A program made the translations under genes and the position numbers. 64,000 nucleotides of DNA, taken from contig CAYVFT010000002.1 in the NCBI GenBank assembly GCA_964450225.1, forward strand, positions 4,044 to 68,043, read 5' to 3'. Below are positions 18,229 through 27,299 of the stretch, in pieces. Position 1 is the first letter of the stretch. The number at the start of each line of letters is the position of its first letter. The notes below the pieces were generated by a model. It had not been told where the DNA came from. It made no database searches and saw only the letters and a program-made list of their open reading frames with translations. The stretch is from an uncultured Crenothrix sp. GTDB lineage: Bacteria; Pseudomonadota; Gammaproteobacteria; Methylococcales; Methylomonadaceae.

Positions 18229-19620
18229 ATGAAGCCTAATCTATATGGTGTTTATCAGATTATTATGAGAAAACTAGTAATTAATAACCTGTCCGGCATG
18301 ATTTTTATTGCTTTAACAGGCATTTCACCTTTACAAGCTCAGGATTTATCTGAAACTTTTGAGCTGGCATTGCAGAATGATCCGGTTTTAAAAGAAGCTC
18401 AAGCCAATCAATTAGCAACCGGTGAATCCAGACCACAAAGTATTGCCCGGCTCCTGCCAAATCTTTCAGCGAATGGTTTAAGCAGCTCGGATTGGTTACG
18501 TAATCAAAAATATCATGTCGATTCGCGTAGTCCAGATTATCGAGGTCCTAATCAGAGTTACTGGAGCTTCGTTTTTAATATTAAATTAACCCAGCCCTTG
18601 TTTCACTGGGACTACTGGATTCAGTTAAGCCAATCCGACAATCAAATTGCCCAGGCTGAAGCTGATTATCAGGCGGTGTTACAAAAACTGATGGTTAGAA
18701 CGACTGAAGCCTATTTCAATGTGCTATCCGCTCAGGATACCTTGGAGCTTATCCTGGCAGAAAAGGAATCTATTGCTCGGCAACTTGATCAGGCGAAACA
18801 ACGATATGAAGTTGGCCTGAATTCAATAACCGATGTATACGAGGCGCAGGCAGGTTTCGATGATGCCATAGCTAATGAGATAGAAGCCGTTCACGACCTC
18901 GAAAATAAAAAAGAGGCCTTGCGCGAAATCATCGGTGACAATGAGGTACAGCTAAACTCTCTGGGCGCAACGCTCCCATTACTTAAACCTGAGCCCGCAA
19001 ACATTGCGGACTGGAGTACTACAGCTGAAACCAATAACTTCAATATCATTTCGGCACTCAATAAAGCGGAATTTTCGCGTAAATCGATCGATGTGCAACG
19101 CGCAGGACATTTGCCGCAGCTGGATATGGTTGCACTTTATAGTGATTCTGATGTGAACAGTACCTCCGGATTCCGGGGCGACACCCAAAGTGTAGGCGTG
19201 CAATTGAATATTCCTCTGTATGAAGGAGGCGCTGTAAACTCAAGGACCCGTCAGGCAAGCTACCAATACGAAGCTGCTAAAGAGAATTTAATTGCCGTAA
19301 AACGCGCCGTGAAACGCCAAGTTAAAGATGCATATAACGGCGTAGTAACCAATATTAGCCGTGTAGAAGCGCTAAAAACCGCAGTAACATCGGCAGAAAG
19401 CGCTTTGGAAGCGACAGAAGTCGGTTTTGATATTGGCACCCGAACCATGGTCGATGTGCTGGCCGAGCAAAAAAAATTATACCGGACCAAAAGAGATTTT
19501 TATCGTAGCCGTTATGATTATTTGATTAACAGTATCAAGTTAAAACAAGCATCCAGCGAATTGACTCAAAATGACCTTGTGCAGATTAACCGTTTATTGG
19601 TGTCAAATCGTAAAGGGTAA
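18229..19620 (+). CDS. TolC-family outer-membrane factor (type I secretion / efflux outer-membrane channel)
   Basis: Signal peptide (an alternative start at 18265 gives MRKLVINNLSGMIFIALTGISPLQA). It has the two-fold internal repeat of the OEP family, with AQ..L..A......L.. heptad-rich segments, and is TolC-like in length (about 450 aa). Confidence 0.85.
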   Translation: MKPNLYGVYQIIMRKLVINNLSGMIFIALTGISPLQAQDLSETFELALQNDPVLKEAQANQLATGESRPQSIARLLPNLSANGLSSSDWLRNQKYHVDSRSPDYRGPNQSYWSFVFNIKLTQPLFHWDYWIQLSQSDNQIAQAEADYQAVLQKLMVRTTEAYFNVLSAQDTLELILAEKESIARQLDQAKQRYEVGLNSITDVYEAQAGFDDAIANEIEAVHDLENKKEALREIIGDNEVQLNSLGATLPLLKPEPANIADWSTTAETNNFNIISALNKAEFSRKSIDVQRAGHLPQLDMVALYSDSDVNSTSGFRGDTQSVGVQLNIPLYEGGAVNSRTRQASYQYEAAKENLIAVKRAVKRQVKDAYNGVVTNISRVEALKTAVTSAESALEATEVGFDIGTRTMVDVLAEQKKLYRTKRDFYRSRYDYLINSIKLKQASSELTQNDLVQINRLLVSNRKG

Positions 19621-19633
19621 CAATGATTGAAGA

Positions 19634-20587
19634 TCAGGTTTTTGGTGATGGCAATTTTTCGTCGTTAATGAAATTTACCTTGCATCGAAGTCCCGCTGAA
19701 ATTTTATGACCGGGATTGGGCAAGTTCAACCTGATGCCAAAGGTACCGCTCGACGCATGAATGACTGAATCAACGACAACGACCTTCGCATGATAAACCT
19801 CATCGACTGGCTGTTCCGCTTTAACTTTCGCTTGCATTCCCACATGGATACTGCCTAACAATTGTATTGGGGCGATCACTTCGACGTTCAGTGGATCAAT
19901 TTGTGCGATTTTTACGACCGGTTGATCCTCCACGTATTCACCTGGTGATTTCATGCGTTCGACCACAACGCCATCTATGGTACTTTTTAGATAACGCTGA
20001 TCAAGCACTTGCTGGGCATGTGCCAGTTCCAATTGAGACAAGTGTTGTAATTCAATAGCTTTTTTATGTTCATATTCAGCTATCACACTCAATGTTTTTG
20101 CATCATCATATTCATGAAGCGAAGCAAGCTTTTTGTTAAATAAGGTTTCCAATTGTTCGGCCGAGCGCTTTTTCATTTCAAACTCGGCTTTTCGGGCATG
20201 AATATCGCCTTCCATATCGGCACGCGCCTTCGTTAATCGAACACTTGCTTCTTCAATGCCTGATTTCAATTTAGCAATCACCTGGCCTTTTTTGACAATA
20301 TCTCCTCGCTCAACATTCACCACTTCCAGAACACCTTGCACTGGACTACTAATCTCGACCACGTCATGAGGCTCAATAACGCAATCCAGTGCATTACCCT
20401 CCTCTGCCGCGGCAGGTGACACGACCATCGTCAGAATGCCAAGAAGCATAAGGAAATCTCTAAAAACCCGCGCTCTCTTCGGGCAAAGGTATCTACACAA
20501 ATTGGCGCTCTTTCTCCCCTGTGGCAGGGAGAAGGAGCTTTTTGAATTATTAGAAATTCTCATAAATTTATTAATTGTTTTTTCCAC
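19634..20587 (-). CDS. Membrane-fusion (HlyD/efflux periplasmic adaptor) protein, short form
   Basis: TM/signal-anchor segment LMLLGILTMVVSPAAA, lipoyl-like half-motifs (VERGDIVKKGQVIAKL ... IDGVVVER), a coiled-coil hairpin and a beta-barrel region. It lies 10 nt downstream of the SecA-like gene. Confidence 0.8.
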   Translation of the reverse strand: MEKTINKFMRISNNSKSSFSLPQGRKSANLCRYLCPKRARVFRDFLMLLGILTMVVSPAAAEEGNALDCVIEPHDVVEISSPVQGVLEVVNVERGDIVKKGQVIAKLKSGIEEASVRLTKARADMEGDIHARKAEFEMKKRSAEQLETLFNKKLASLHEYDDAKTLSVIAEYEHKKAIELQHLSQLELAHAQQVLDQRYLKSTIDGVVVERMKSPGEYVEDQPVVKIAQIDPLNVEVIAPIQLLGSIHVGMQAKVKAEQPVDEVYHAKVVVVDSVIHASSGTFGIRLNLPNPGHKISAGLRCKVNFINDEKLPSPKT

Positions 20588-20597
20588 AGTTGTATCC

Positions 20598-22595
20598 TTA
20601 CTCTGATTTGCCAGAAAACGCTAAAAGATTTTGTAAGTTTATATCCATTTTTAGTAATCCGGCACGAATAGCGTCATGATGTCGTTCGGCCCGTGTTTGT
20701 GTTCTTTGAAACAGAGCATAGGCCATTAATTGATAACCTGGCGCATTGCTTTTCGCCATTTTCTTCACTGCGGCGATCAACCAGGAAAAGCCATATTTTT
20801 TCAGGATTTCGTCCTCTAAAGACAACAACATTTCATAACTGCCCGCATCACCTTGCCGACCACAACGTCCAAATAATTGCCGGTCTATTCGCCTAGCTTC
20901 GTGACACTCGGTTACAATTACGTGCAGGCCGCCCAATTCATTAATACCCGGTGCGAGCTTGATGTCGGTTCCCCTACCTGCCATATTGGTGGCTACTGTG
21001 ATGCAGCCCCTGGTTCCAGCATTTTGAATGATGCTTGCTTCATCAGCATCTTGCCGGGCGTTCAAGACACGATGCGGCAAGCCTTTCATAGACAATAGCC
21101 GTCCCAAGTGTTCCGATGCTTCTACCGAACGGGTTCCGACCAACACAGGTCGTCCCTGTTGATGAATATCACTAATTCGTTGCGCGATACCTTCCCATTT
21201 TTTTTCAGCAGATGCGTAGTAAATCGTCGGTAACTGCTTACTTTGAATCGGTTTGTTTGGAGGAATCCTGATAACGGGAATCCGGTAAACTGAAAACAAC
21301 TCTTTTCTTACTTCCTTGGCAGTTCCTGTCATACCGGCCAAATGCAAATAACGTCGAAAAAAAGTCTGGTAACTGATACGTGCAATGGTTTCTTTCTGAT
21401 CACTCATTGCGCATTCTTCCTTGGTTTCTATCATTTGATGCAAGCCTTTTTCCCAGGAGCGGTCGGGCATAACCCGCCCAGTAAACTCGTCGATAATCAC
21501 TACCTTGCCGTCTTTCACCAGATAATGGATATCTTTCAAAAACAAATGCTGTGCTGATAATGCCTGTAATACCAATTCGCGGCTTCGTTTGGTAGCCGAC
21601 CAAATACCTGTTAATGGCTCAACCATCTGCTTAACGCGAAGCAATCCTGACTCAGATAATTCTATTGTGCGGTTACGATGATTGATAAAAAAATCATGGC
21701 CTGATGTTAATTGTCCCGCAATCTGCAGGGCCTGCTGATAAACCAGAAGCTGTTCGAGTGACTGTTTTTCCCGGGAAAGTATCAAGGGTGTCCTGGACTC
21801 GTCAATAAGTACACTGTCCGCTTCATCAACTATTGCAAAACATAAACCTCGCAACAGCAAGCGGGACGTTTTGGCTTCCGGCTGGGCATATAAGCGGTTC
21901 AACTGAAGCAGCAAGCGGCTGCCTTTACGCCCCAAGACCATACGATCCTTCAAATAATCAAAAGTCAGTTGTTTGTTACTACAATAAGTGATATCACAGG
22001 CATAGGCGGCCTGGCGAGCAGGAAAATCCATACCTTCCGTTATGGTGCCAACGCTTAAGCCGAGAGTTTGATAAATTGGCTCCATCAATTCAGCATCACG
22101 CTTCACCAGATAATCATTGACCGTGACGATATGCACCGGAACGCCCGCCATTGCAGCCGTACAGGCGGGTAATGTCGCCGTCAGTGTTTTCCCTTCACCG
22201 GTATTCATTTCCGCAATCATACCTTTCAACATAACCAAACCGCCTATGAGCTGAACATCAAAATGCCGCATAAACAGTTTTCTTCCGGCGATTTCCCGAA
22301 TTAAAGCGAAGGCTTCAATCACCGCCTCATCCTCAAAGCCTCTTAAATGTAGCCTTGATTTGATGTGTTTAATGTGTTTTTCGAGTTCGTCATCATTCAG
22401 TTTTTCAAGTCGTTCGCATGATTGATTGACCGCTACGGCAAAAGCATCAAGTGACTTTTGATTATGTTTAAACGTCAGCTTAGCGAGGTTAATTGCCCAT
22501 GACAATGATTGGTCAAGAAAACCTGCAGGGGGGCTATTTTTCTCCGGGTACAGACCCTGTAAGATGCCGGGTTTTAAAACAGAACTGCTTGCCAT
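20598..22595 (-). CDS. SecA paralogue (DEAD motor plus preprotein-crosslinking domain) lacking the C-terminal translocation domains
   Basis: MRHFDVQLIGG; Walker A MNTGEGKT (22185-22208); TVNDYL; Walker B region VDEADSVLIDESRTPLILS; MTGTA; TNMAGRGTDI; RIDRQLFGRCGRQGDAGS. The protein ends about 68 aa after this last motif (665 aa total), inside what would be the first part of the SecA helical scaffold. Confidence 0.85.
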   Translation of the reverse strand: MASSSVLKPGILQGLYPEKNSPPAGFLDQSLSWAINLAKLTFKHNQKSLDAFAVAVNQSCERLEKLNDDELEKHIKHIKSRLHLRGFEDEAVIEAFALIREIAGRKLFMRHFDVQLIGGLVMLKGMIAEMNTGEGKTLTATLPACTAAMAGVPVHIVTVNDYLVKRDAELMEPIYQTLGLSVGTITEGMDFPARQAAYACDITYCSNKQLTFDYLKDRMVLGRKGSRLLLQLNRLYAQPEAKTSRLLLRGLCFAIVDEADSVLIDESRTPLILSREKQSLEQLLVYQQALQIAGQLTSGHDFFINHRNRTIELSESGLLRVKQMVEPLTGIWSATKRSRELVLQALSAQHLFLKDIHYLVKDGKVVIIDEFTGRVMPDRSWEKGLHQMIETKEECAMSDQKETIARISYQTFFRRYLHLAGMTGTAKEVRKELFSVYRIPVIRIPPNKPIQSKQLPTIYYASAEKKWEGIAQRISDIHQQGRPVLVGTRSVEASEHLGRLLSMKGLPHRVLNARQDADEASIIQNAGTRGCITVATNMAGRGTDIKLAPGINELGGLHVIVTECHEARRIDRQLFGRCGRQGDAGSYEMLLSLEDEILKKYGFSWLIAAVKKMAKSNAPGYQLMAYALFQRTQTRAERHHDAIRAGLLKMDINLQNLLAFSGKSE

Positions 22596-22628
22596 GAGAA
22601 GTAACCTTATACAACAAGAGAGCTTTAA

Positions 22629-24776
22629 TTAAACACTAAATGTTCTCAAAAATAACTGCCGCGCCAATCTATACCATTGCATAGCCAGAGATTCCCGGCC
22701 ATGATTAAAGCGGATATAAACACGTTCACCGATGTTTCTAACATCGGTACCTGGCGGAAACGCCAATTCAATATGAAAAACGGGCTCAAAGGCTTTTTCA
22801 CCTTTTTCATCGGCCGGATTAACCGGAATCGTCCCGCCCCCCGTTATTCCCAAAGCCGGGCTGGGCAACACATCGGATGCCGCCGGTATCTCCCGTAATA
22901 TTTTGGCCGGATATAGATGTTTTATATTGTCTGCCAGGCGCACCTGTACATTCCGGGTTCGCTCCTTGACCAGGCCGATATTATCTTGGGTGACTACCGT
23001 ACGAATGGTCGTTATAGGGTAATTGACCACATAACCCACTAAATCCCCTTTATGCAAAAATCGATCTTTCAAGTCTTCGGCATGCGGCACGATAAAAACG
23101 CCTTTGCCCTGACTTTTTAACGTCAGATTATCTATTCGCTCGGTCACTTCTGCCAATTCAGCTGTTACCGACCTCATCTGTTCTTCAATGATCTGTGCTT
23201 TAACCCTGTCTTCCATCCAGGATTCTTTAAGTTTTGCCTCTAATTCATCAAGCTGATTATCAAGGATATTTTTTTTCAATTTTAATATTGGATCGTCCAG
23301 CTCAATCAAAATTTGGTCACGTACCACAACAGTATTGGAGCCGGCCAGGATTTTAGTTACAAAACCTTCCGTCTTGGCGCGCACTTTAGCCTGTTCTGGC
23401 AGCCAGACAACGCCTTCAGCATAGGTATTTAAAGGCATGGGAAATAGCAGCAGAAAGCCCAATATAATAAGCGCTAAAGTCACACTAGTGGCAATCGTCC
23501 TGACCCTGCTTTGCTGAATCATTGGATTGCTGAAAACAAACCGGAAACACTTGGTGGCCGGCACCAAAATCATGGTTCCAACCGCCCATAGAGCGAGGAT
23601 AACACCAATCAGAAAAAACTGGCTAGCGACAAAAAAGGTTATGGAAAAAGTAATCAGCATTCGATAACAGAATGAAGCTATTCCATAAATCAAAAACCAG
23701 CTCCGTTCACCTTTAGCGGTAACTGGAGAATTGACCGTCTTTACACCAAATACATAATGTTGAAACAGGTAGCCAAGGTAATTATTGGCACGACTGGCTA
23801 AATTGGGGATTTCGATCAAATCCGCAAAAATATAATATCCATCAAAGCGCAAGAGAGGATTACCATTAAAGAAAATCGTCGATGCGCCACCAATTAACAT
23901 GACATTGTATGCAATCGCCCTGACAATACCTTGCTCCACATTAAGCCATATAAACAACGCTATCGCTGCAAGAAACATCTCCACAGCCATCCCCGCTGCC
24001 CCGACAATGGCTCGCTTTTTTTTATCCCGAAAACCCCAGGCACTGGAGGCATCAACATAGGGAATAGGCATAAAAACCAATAGCATCATGCCCATTTCAT
24101 GGACTTCACCACCCCACACCTTGGTGGAAAAAGCATGTCCAAATTCATGCAGAAGTTTTACCAGTGGATAGACAAAGAACAGCAGCAGCAGATTGCCGGG
24201 AGCCCAGACCCGATCCGATGCGTCCCTGGATAGGTCAACCCAATGGGAAGCTGCCAGTATCAATGCCGTGCTTACAACAAGCACCCATACCAGTATGCCA
24301 AGCCAGCCAAACAAAGGGCGAACCAAAAAAAGCCATCGGTCCAGAAAAGCGTCAGGATCCCACAACGGAAACCTTATAGACAATGGGCTCCATAGTCGTT
24401 GCAACCATTTACCCCGTTGTTTACGCTCATACCGTTGAAAAAGATCCAGAGTATCTGGCGGTACATCACATATCAATAAATCACTACCGTGCAATTGGCC
24501 CAACAACTTGACCAATTCATCCTGTGTGGGCGCATCATCGCCTAAATGCTCAAGCGCCAATTCCCAAATCTCTTGGAAATTACGAGACCCATTCATTAAT
24601 GAAATAATGTAATGAGCCTGAGGAGAAAATCGATGATTCAGACTGCTGGAATAATCCTGCAGGATATACCAGAGTTGGCCACGGTAGTGATGGCGATGAA
24701 TTTGAATATGTCCTTTTAACCTCGGCTGCAAACTGGCGATTCGATACCAGGAAGAACTAAACATCGATTCAGACAT
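22629..24776 (-). CDS. Fusion protein: PqqD/RRE-like N-terminal domain (weak) + M50 site-2 metalloprotease membrane core + HlyD-type membrane-fusion periplasmic domain
   Basis: HEFGH (24135-24149) followed by NGNPLLRFDGYY (the NxxPxxxxDG M50 motif), and multiple TM helices. The C-terminal ~270 aa has lipoyl halves and a coiled coil (LDELEAKLKESWMEDRVKAQIIEEQMRSVTAELAEVTERI). The N-terminal ~100 aa follows a PqqD-like pattern (LMNGSRNFQEIWE...DELVKLLGQL). Confidence 0.75.
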   Translation of the reverse strand: MSESMFSSSWYRIASLQPRLKGHIQIHRHHYRGQLWYILQDYSSSLNHRFSPQAHYIISLMNGSRNFQEIWELALEHLGDDAPTQDELVKLLGQLHGSDLLICDVPPDTLDLFQRYERKQRGKWLQRLWSPLSIRFPLWDPDAFLDRWLFLVRPLFGWLGILVWVLVVSTALILAASHWVDLSRDASDRVWAPGNLLLLFFVYPLVKLLHEFGHAFSTKVWGGEVHEMGMMLLVFMPIPYVDASSAWGFRDKKKRAIVGAAGMAVEMFLAAIALFIWLNVEQGIVRAIAYNVMLIGGASTIFFNGNPLLRFDGYYIFADLIEIPNLASRANNYLGYLFQHYVFGVKTVNSPVTAKGERSWFLIYGIASFCYRMLITFSITFFVASQFFLIGVILALWAVGTMILVPATKCFRFVFSNPMIQQSRVRTIATSVTLALIILGFLLLFPMPLNTYAEGVVWLPEQAKVRAKTEGFVTKILAGSNTVVVRDQILIELDDPILKLKKNILDNQLDELEAKLKESWMEDRVKAQIIEEQMRSVTAELAEVTERIDNLTLKSQGKGVFIVPHAEDLKDRFLHKGDLVGYVVNYPITTIRTVVTQDNIGLVKERTRNVQVRLADNIKHLYPAKILREIPAASDVLPSPALGITGGGTIPVNPADEKGEKAFEPVFHIELAFPPGTDVRNIGERVYIRFNHGRESLAMQWYRLARQLFLRTFSV

Positions 24777-24788
24777 GGCGATTCTCCG

Positions 24789-26942
24789 TTATAAGCCTTC
24801 TGGCCACCAGGTCCATAAGGATAAACGCAGCCAATCAAGCAGATTTTTACTCCAAATCCAGATTAATTTTCGCTCCCCTATTCGTATTTTGCCTACGCCT
24901 TCCATGCCGGGTCGCAAAAAGTCCAATTTTTTTTCCAGTTCCGCTTCAACACGAAAATAATTCCGCCCTTCCTTTGTTTCTGATACCGGCGTAATTTTAT
25001 TTACACTAAAAGGAATTACTGTATCTGAGAGACCTGTTAAAACCAACTCACCTTTTTGAGCAACTTTAATATCGGAAATATCTCGCTCATCAACTTCCAA
25101 AACAACCCGATAATCTTCGAGCGGTGCAATTTCAAACAATACGTCACCTCGTTGCGATGGCGCTCCCAGTGATTGACTTAAATCACCCGATACAATGACG
25201 CCGTCAAACGGTGCTTTTATTTGAATTCTTGCCAGTTGTGCATCCGTTATATCCAACTGAGCTTGCGCCTGTCCGAGTTGAGCATTCAGAACACTGATTT
25301 TACTGCGTTCAGCCTGACCCAAAGCATCCCGGTACTCTTTAAGGTATTGTTCTTTCTGGCTTTCCCATTTGGTCCTTTCAAGTATCAGATCTGTGTCATC
25401 CAGTTTAGCTAATAACGTGCCCTTCTTGACTATGTCGCCCGGTCGAACATGCGCTTCGCTGATATAACTATCGAAAGGTGTAGCAATGACCCTCTGAATG
25501 GACCCTTCCAGTTTAGTATCTGCGGCAATACGGTAATCGCCTGTGGCAAACAGACAAAACAGCAATGCACCCAATACCAATAAAGCAGCCAGTTTTAGTC
25601 CTCCATGCGCAGGCCCTAACAAGCATGCAAAAAAGTTCTTAATAGAAAGCCACGCTTTTTGGCCTAACCATAAATCTTCCTTTCTTTTGGTTTCCAGAAT
25701 TGGTCCAATCAACGTAGCGATAGTCTCACATAATTCCACTGTTTGACGCTCAAACGATTGTCCGGGTGGACGCTCCAGGGTGATGGCTCCAAACACATTG
25801 CCATTACTACAGAACGGAATCGTACACACACTGCCACTTCCCTGTTCACGCATAAGCTTTTCGTGGCACCTGACAATTTGTACGCTCTTTTCTTCCAACG
25901 GTGGATAAACTACGGAAGCCTTTTGCTCCATGGCTTCATCCATGGACAAGCCTATGCTTTGAATCAAGTTGGATTTTTTGGCGAAATCGACACTGTGCGA
26001 TAGTGCAGTCACCTGGATATATTTACCCTTAAGAAAACCGATACTAACCCTATCGCATTTCAGCAATGTGGCCAATTCGGTCGCCACTGCGGTAACGGAA
26101 GCCTGGAATTTTTCATGCTCCAGACTGGAGGTGATCAACTCAAGAACAGTAACTAACTGCTGATTTTCGGGCGTATATTTCTTGCCTTCTTCACGACGGA
26201 CAAACAGTTCCAGCCAGGATATTCCCCATTGCAGTTGTCTCATACTAGCTCGCATTAAATGCTCTGCACGGGCAACAATTTCAAACGCAACCACACCGTA
26301 AAGTTGCTCACCAACCAGCAAAGGAAAACCGATATAACAGACAGGTATTTTTAATCCGGGATCTTGTTGACCCTGATTTCTTAATACCCCTCGCCTTTCA
26401 TGTAAAGCAAGCTCGGCTGCCTCGGTTAATCCCAAAGATCCTCGCTGCCCCTCTGGCCAAAAAGAAATAGGTACAAAAGAACCGCTATCAGGTTTACCAA
26501 GAACTACAATACCCCGAGTCACGCCGCTAAGCATTGCACATTGCAGGCTCAACCAGAAACGAGCTGCTGTTTCAAGTGAATTTGCGTCGTTAAACTGCTT
26601 CCATAACTTTTGGTAATGGGTCTGAAATCCCGTATCGTTCTCAAGAAATGATACACCCGATAGTAATCCCCCTCCTTGCTTGGGTTTAATCCAACAGACT
26701 TGAGCCCGTTGACTAACCAAACCAAAAGGCATGCTATAGGTCATTGCAAGGACATTGTATTTTTCCAAATAGGGTCTGGAAGCCTCAGCAACGAGTACTC
26801 CTAACCCTCCGTCAGACTTATTCTCAATAGTACCAATAATTTCGTGGGAATCGCATTGAATAATGACCGTGCAGCCGGATTCAACAGGAATGCGCTCCTC
26901 GTTGCGGAGCTCAGCCCTGTATGCTTGTTTTTGTGTATCCAT
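24789..26942 (-). CDS. Fusion protein: PilZ (c-di-GMP-binding motifs intact) + GAF + TM + HlyD-type membrane-fusion domain
   Basis: PilZ RxxxR = RNEER (26892-26906) and [DN]xSxxG = NKSDGG (26805-26822). A GAF-like region (ATLLKCDRVSIGFLKGKYIQV...), the TM helix LKLAALLVLGALLFCLFA, then an HlyD region (VRPGDIVKKGTLLAKLDD, coiled coil, IKAPFDGVIV). Confidence 0.75.
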   Translation of the reverse strand: MDTQKQAYRAELRNEERIPVESGCTVIIQCDSHEIIGTIENKSDGGLGVLVAEASRPYLEKYNVLAMTYSMPFGLVSQRAQVCWIKPKQGGGLLSGVSFLENDTGFQTHYQKLWKQFNDANSLETAARFWLSLQCAMLSGVTRGIVVLGKPDSGSFVPISFWPEGQRGSLGLTEAAELALHERRGVLRNQGQQDPGLKIPVCYIGFPLLVGEQLYGVVAFEIVARAEHLMRASMRQLQWGISWLELFVRREEGKKYTPENQQLVTVLELITSSLEHEKFQASVTAVATELATLLKCDRVSIGFLKGKYIQVTALSHSVDFAKKSNLIQSIGLSMDEAMEQKASVVYPPLEEKSVQIVRCHEKLMREQGSGSVCTIPFCSNGNVFGAITLERPPGQSFERQTVELCETIATLIGPILETKRKEDLWLGQKAWLSIKNFFACLLGPAHGGLKLAALLVLGALLFCLFATGDYRIAADTKLEGSIQRVIATPFDSYISEAHVRPGDIVKKGTLLAKLDDTDLILERTKWESQKEQYLKEYRDALGQAERSKISVLNAQLGQAQAQLDITDAQLARIQIKAPFDGVIVSGDLSQSLGAPSQRGDVLFEIAPLEDYRVVLEVDERDISDIKVAQKGELVLTGLSDTVIPFSVNKITPVSETKEGRNYFRVEAELEKKLDFLRPGMEGVGKIRIGERKLIWIWSKNLLDWLRLSLWTWWPEGL

Positions 26943-27299
26943 GCTTATGATTTAATAACGATTACAAACTGAAATGTTGAAAACGGCCAGCAACTTCAGC
27001 CGGAATAACATAAAAGACTTATCCTCAAGATGACCCGTTTTACTGTGAAACAGTTGCATAGTTCCCACACTCCGGTATTGGAGGGTCCATCTAACAACAC
27101 TACGGCGTTGTGTGACGCTAGAGCGCCATCAGTGACATTCCCACGCCGGAGCGTATCGTTATACACAGCTTTCATGCAAAGTACGACAATCCGCCCCCCC
27201 TTTTTTCAAATGGAGGTGAGCTCATGGTTTGGACTTGTGTATAAAAATGAATGCCGGAACGTGGGAATAAACTAACAATTAGTGAATTGACCAAAAAAT

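Noticed and set aside
27030-27275. Plus-strand ORF of 81 aa between the SapC-family and PilZ-GAF-MFP genes.
   Set aside because: It runs opposite to the surrounding operon, has no Shine-Dalgarno and shows no similarity recognised by eye. I kept only the inverted repeat and the minus-strand 59-codon ORF as low-interest observations.
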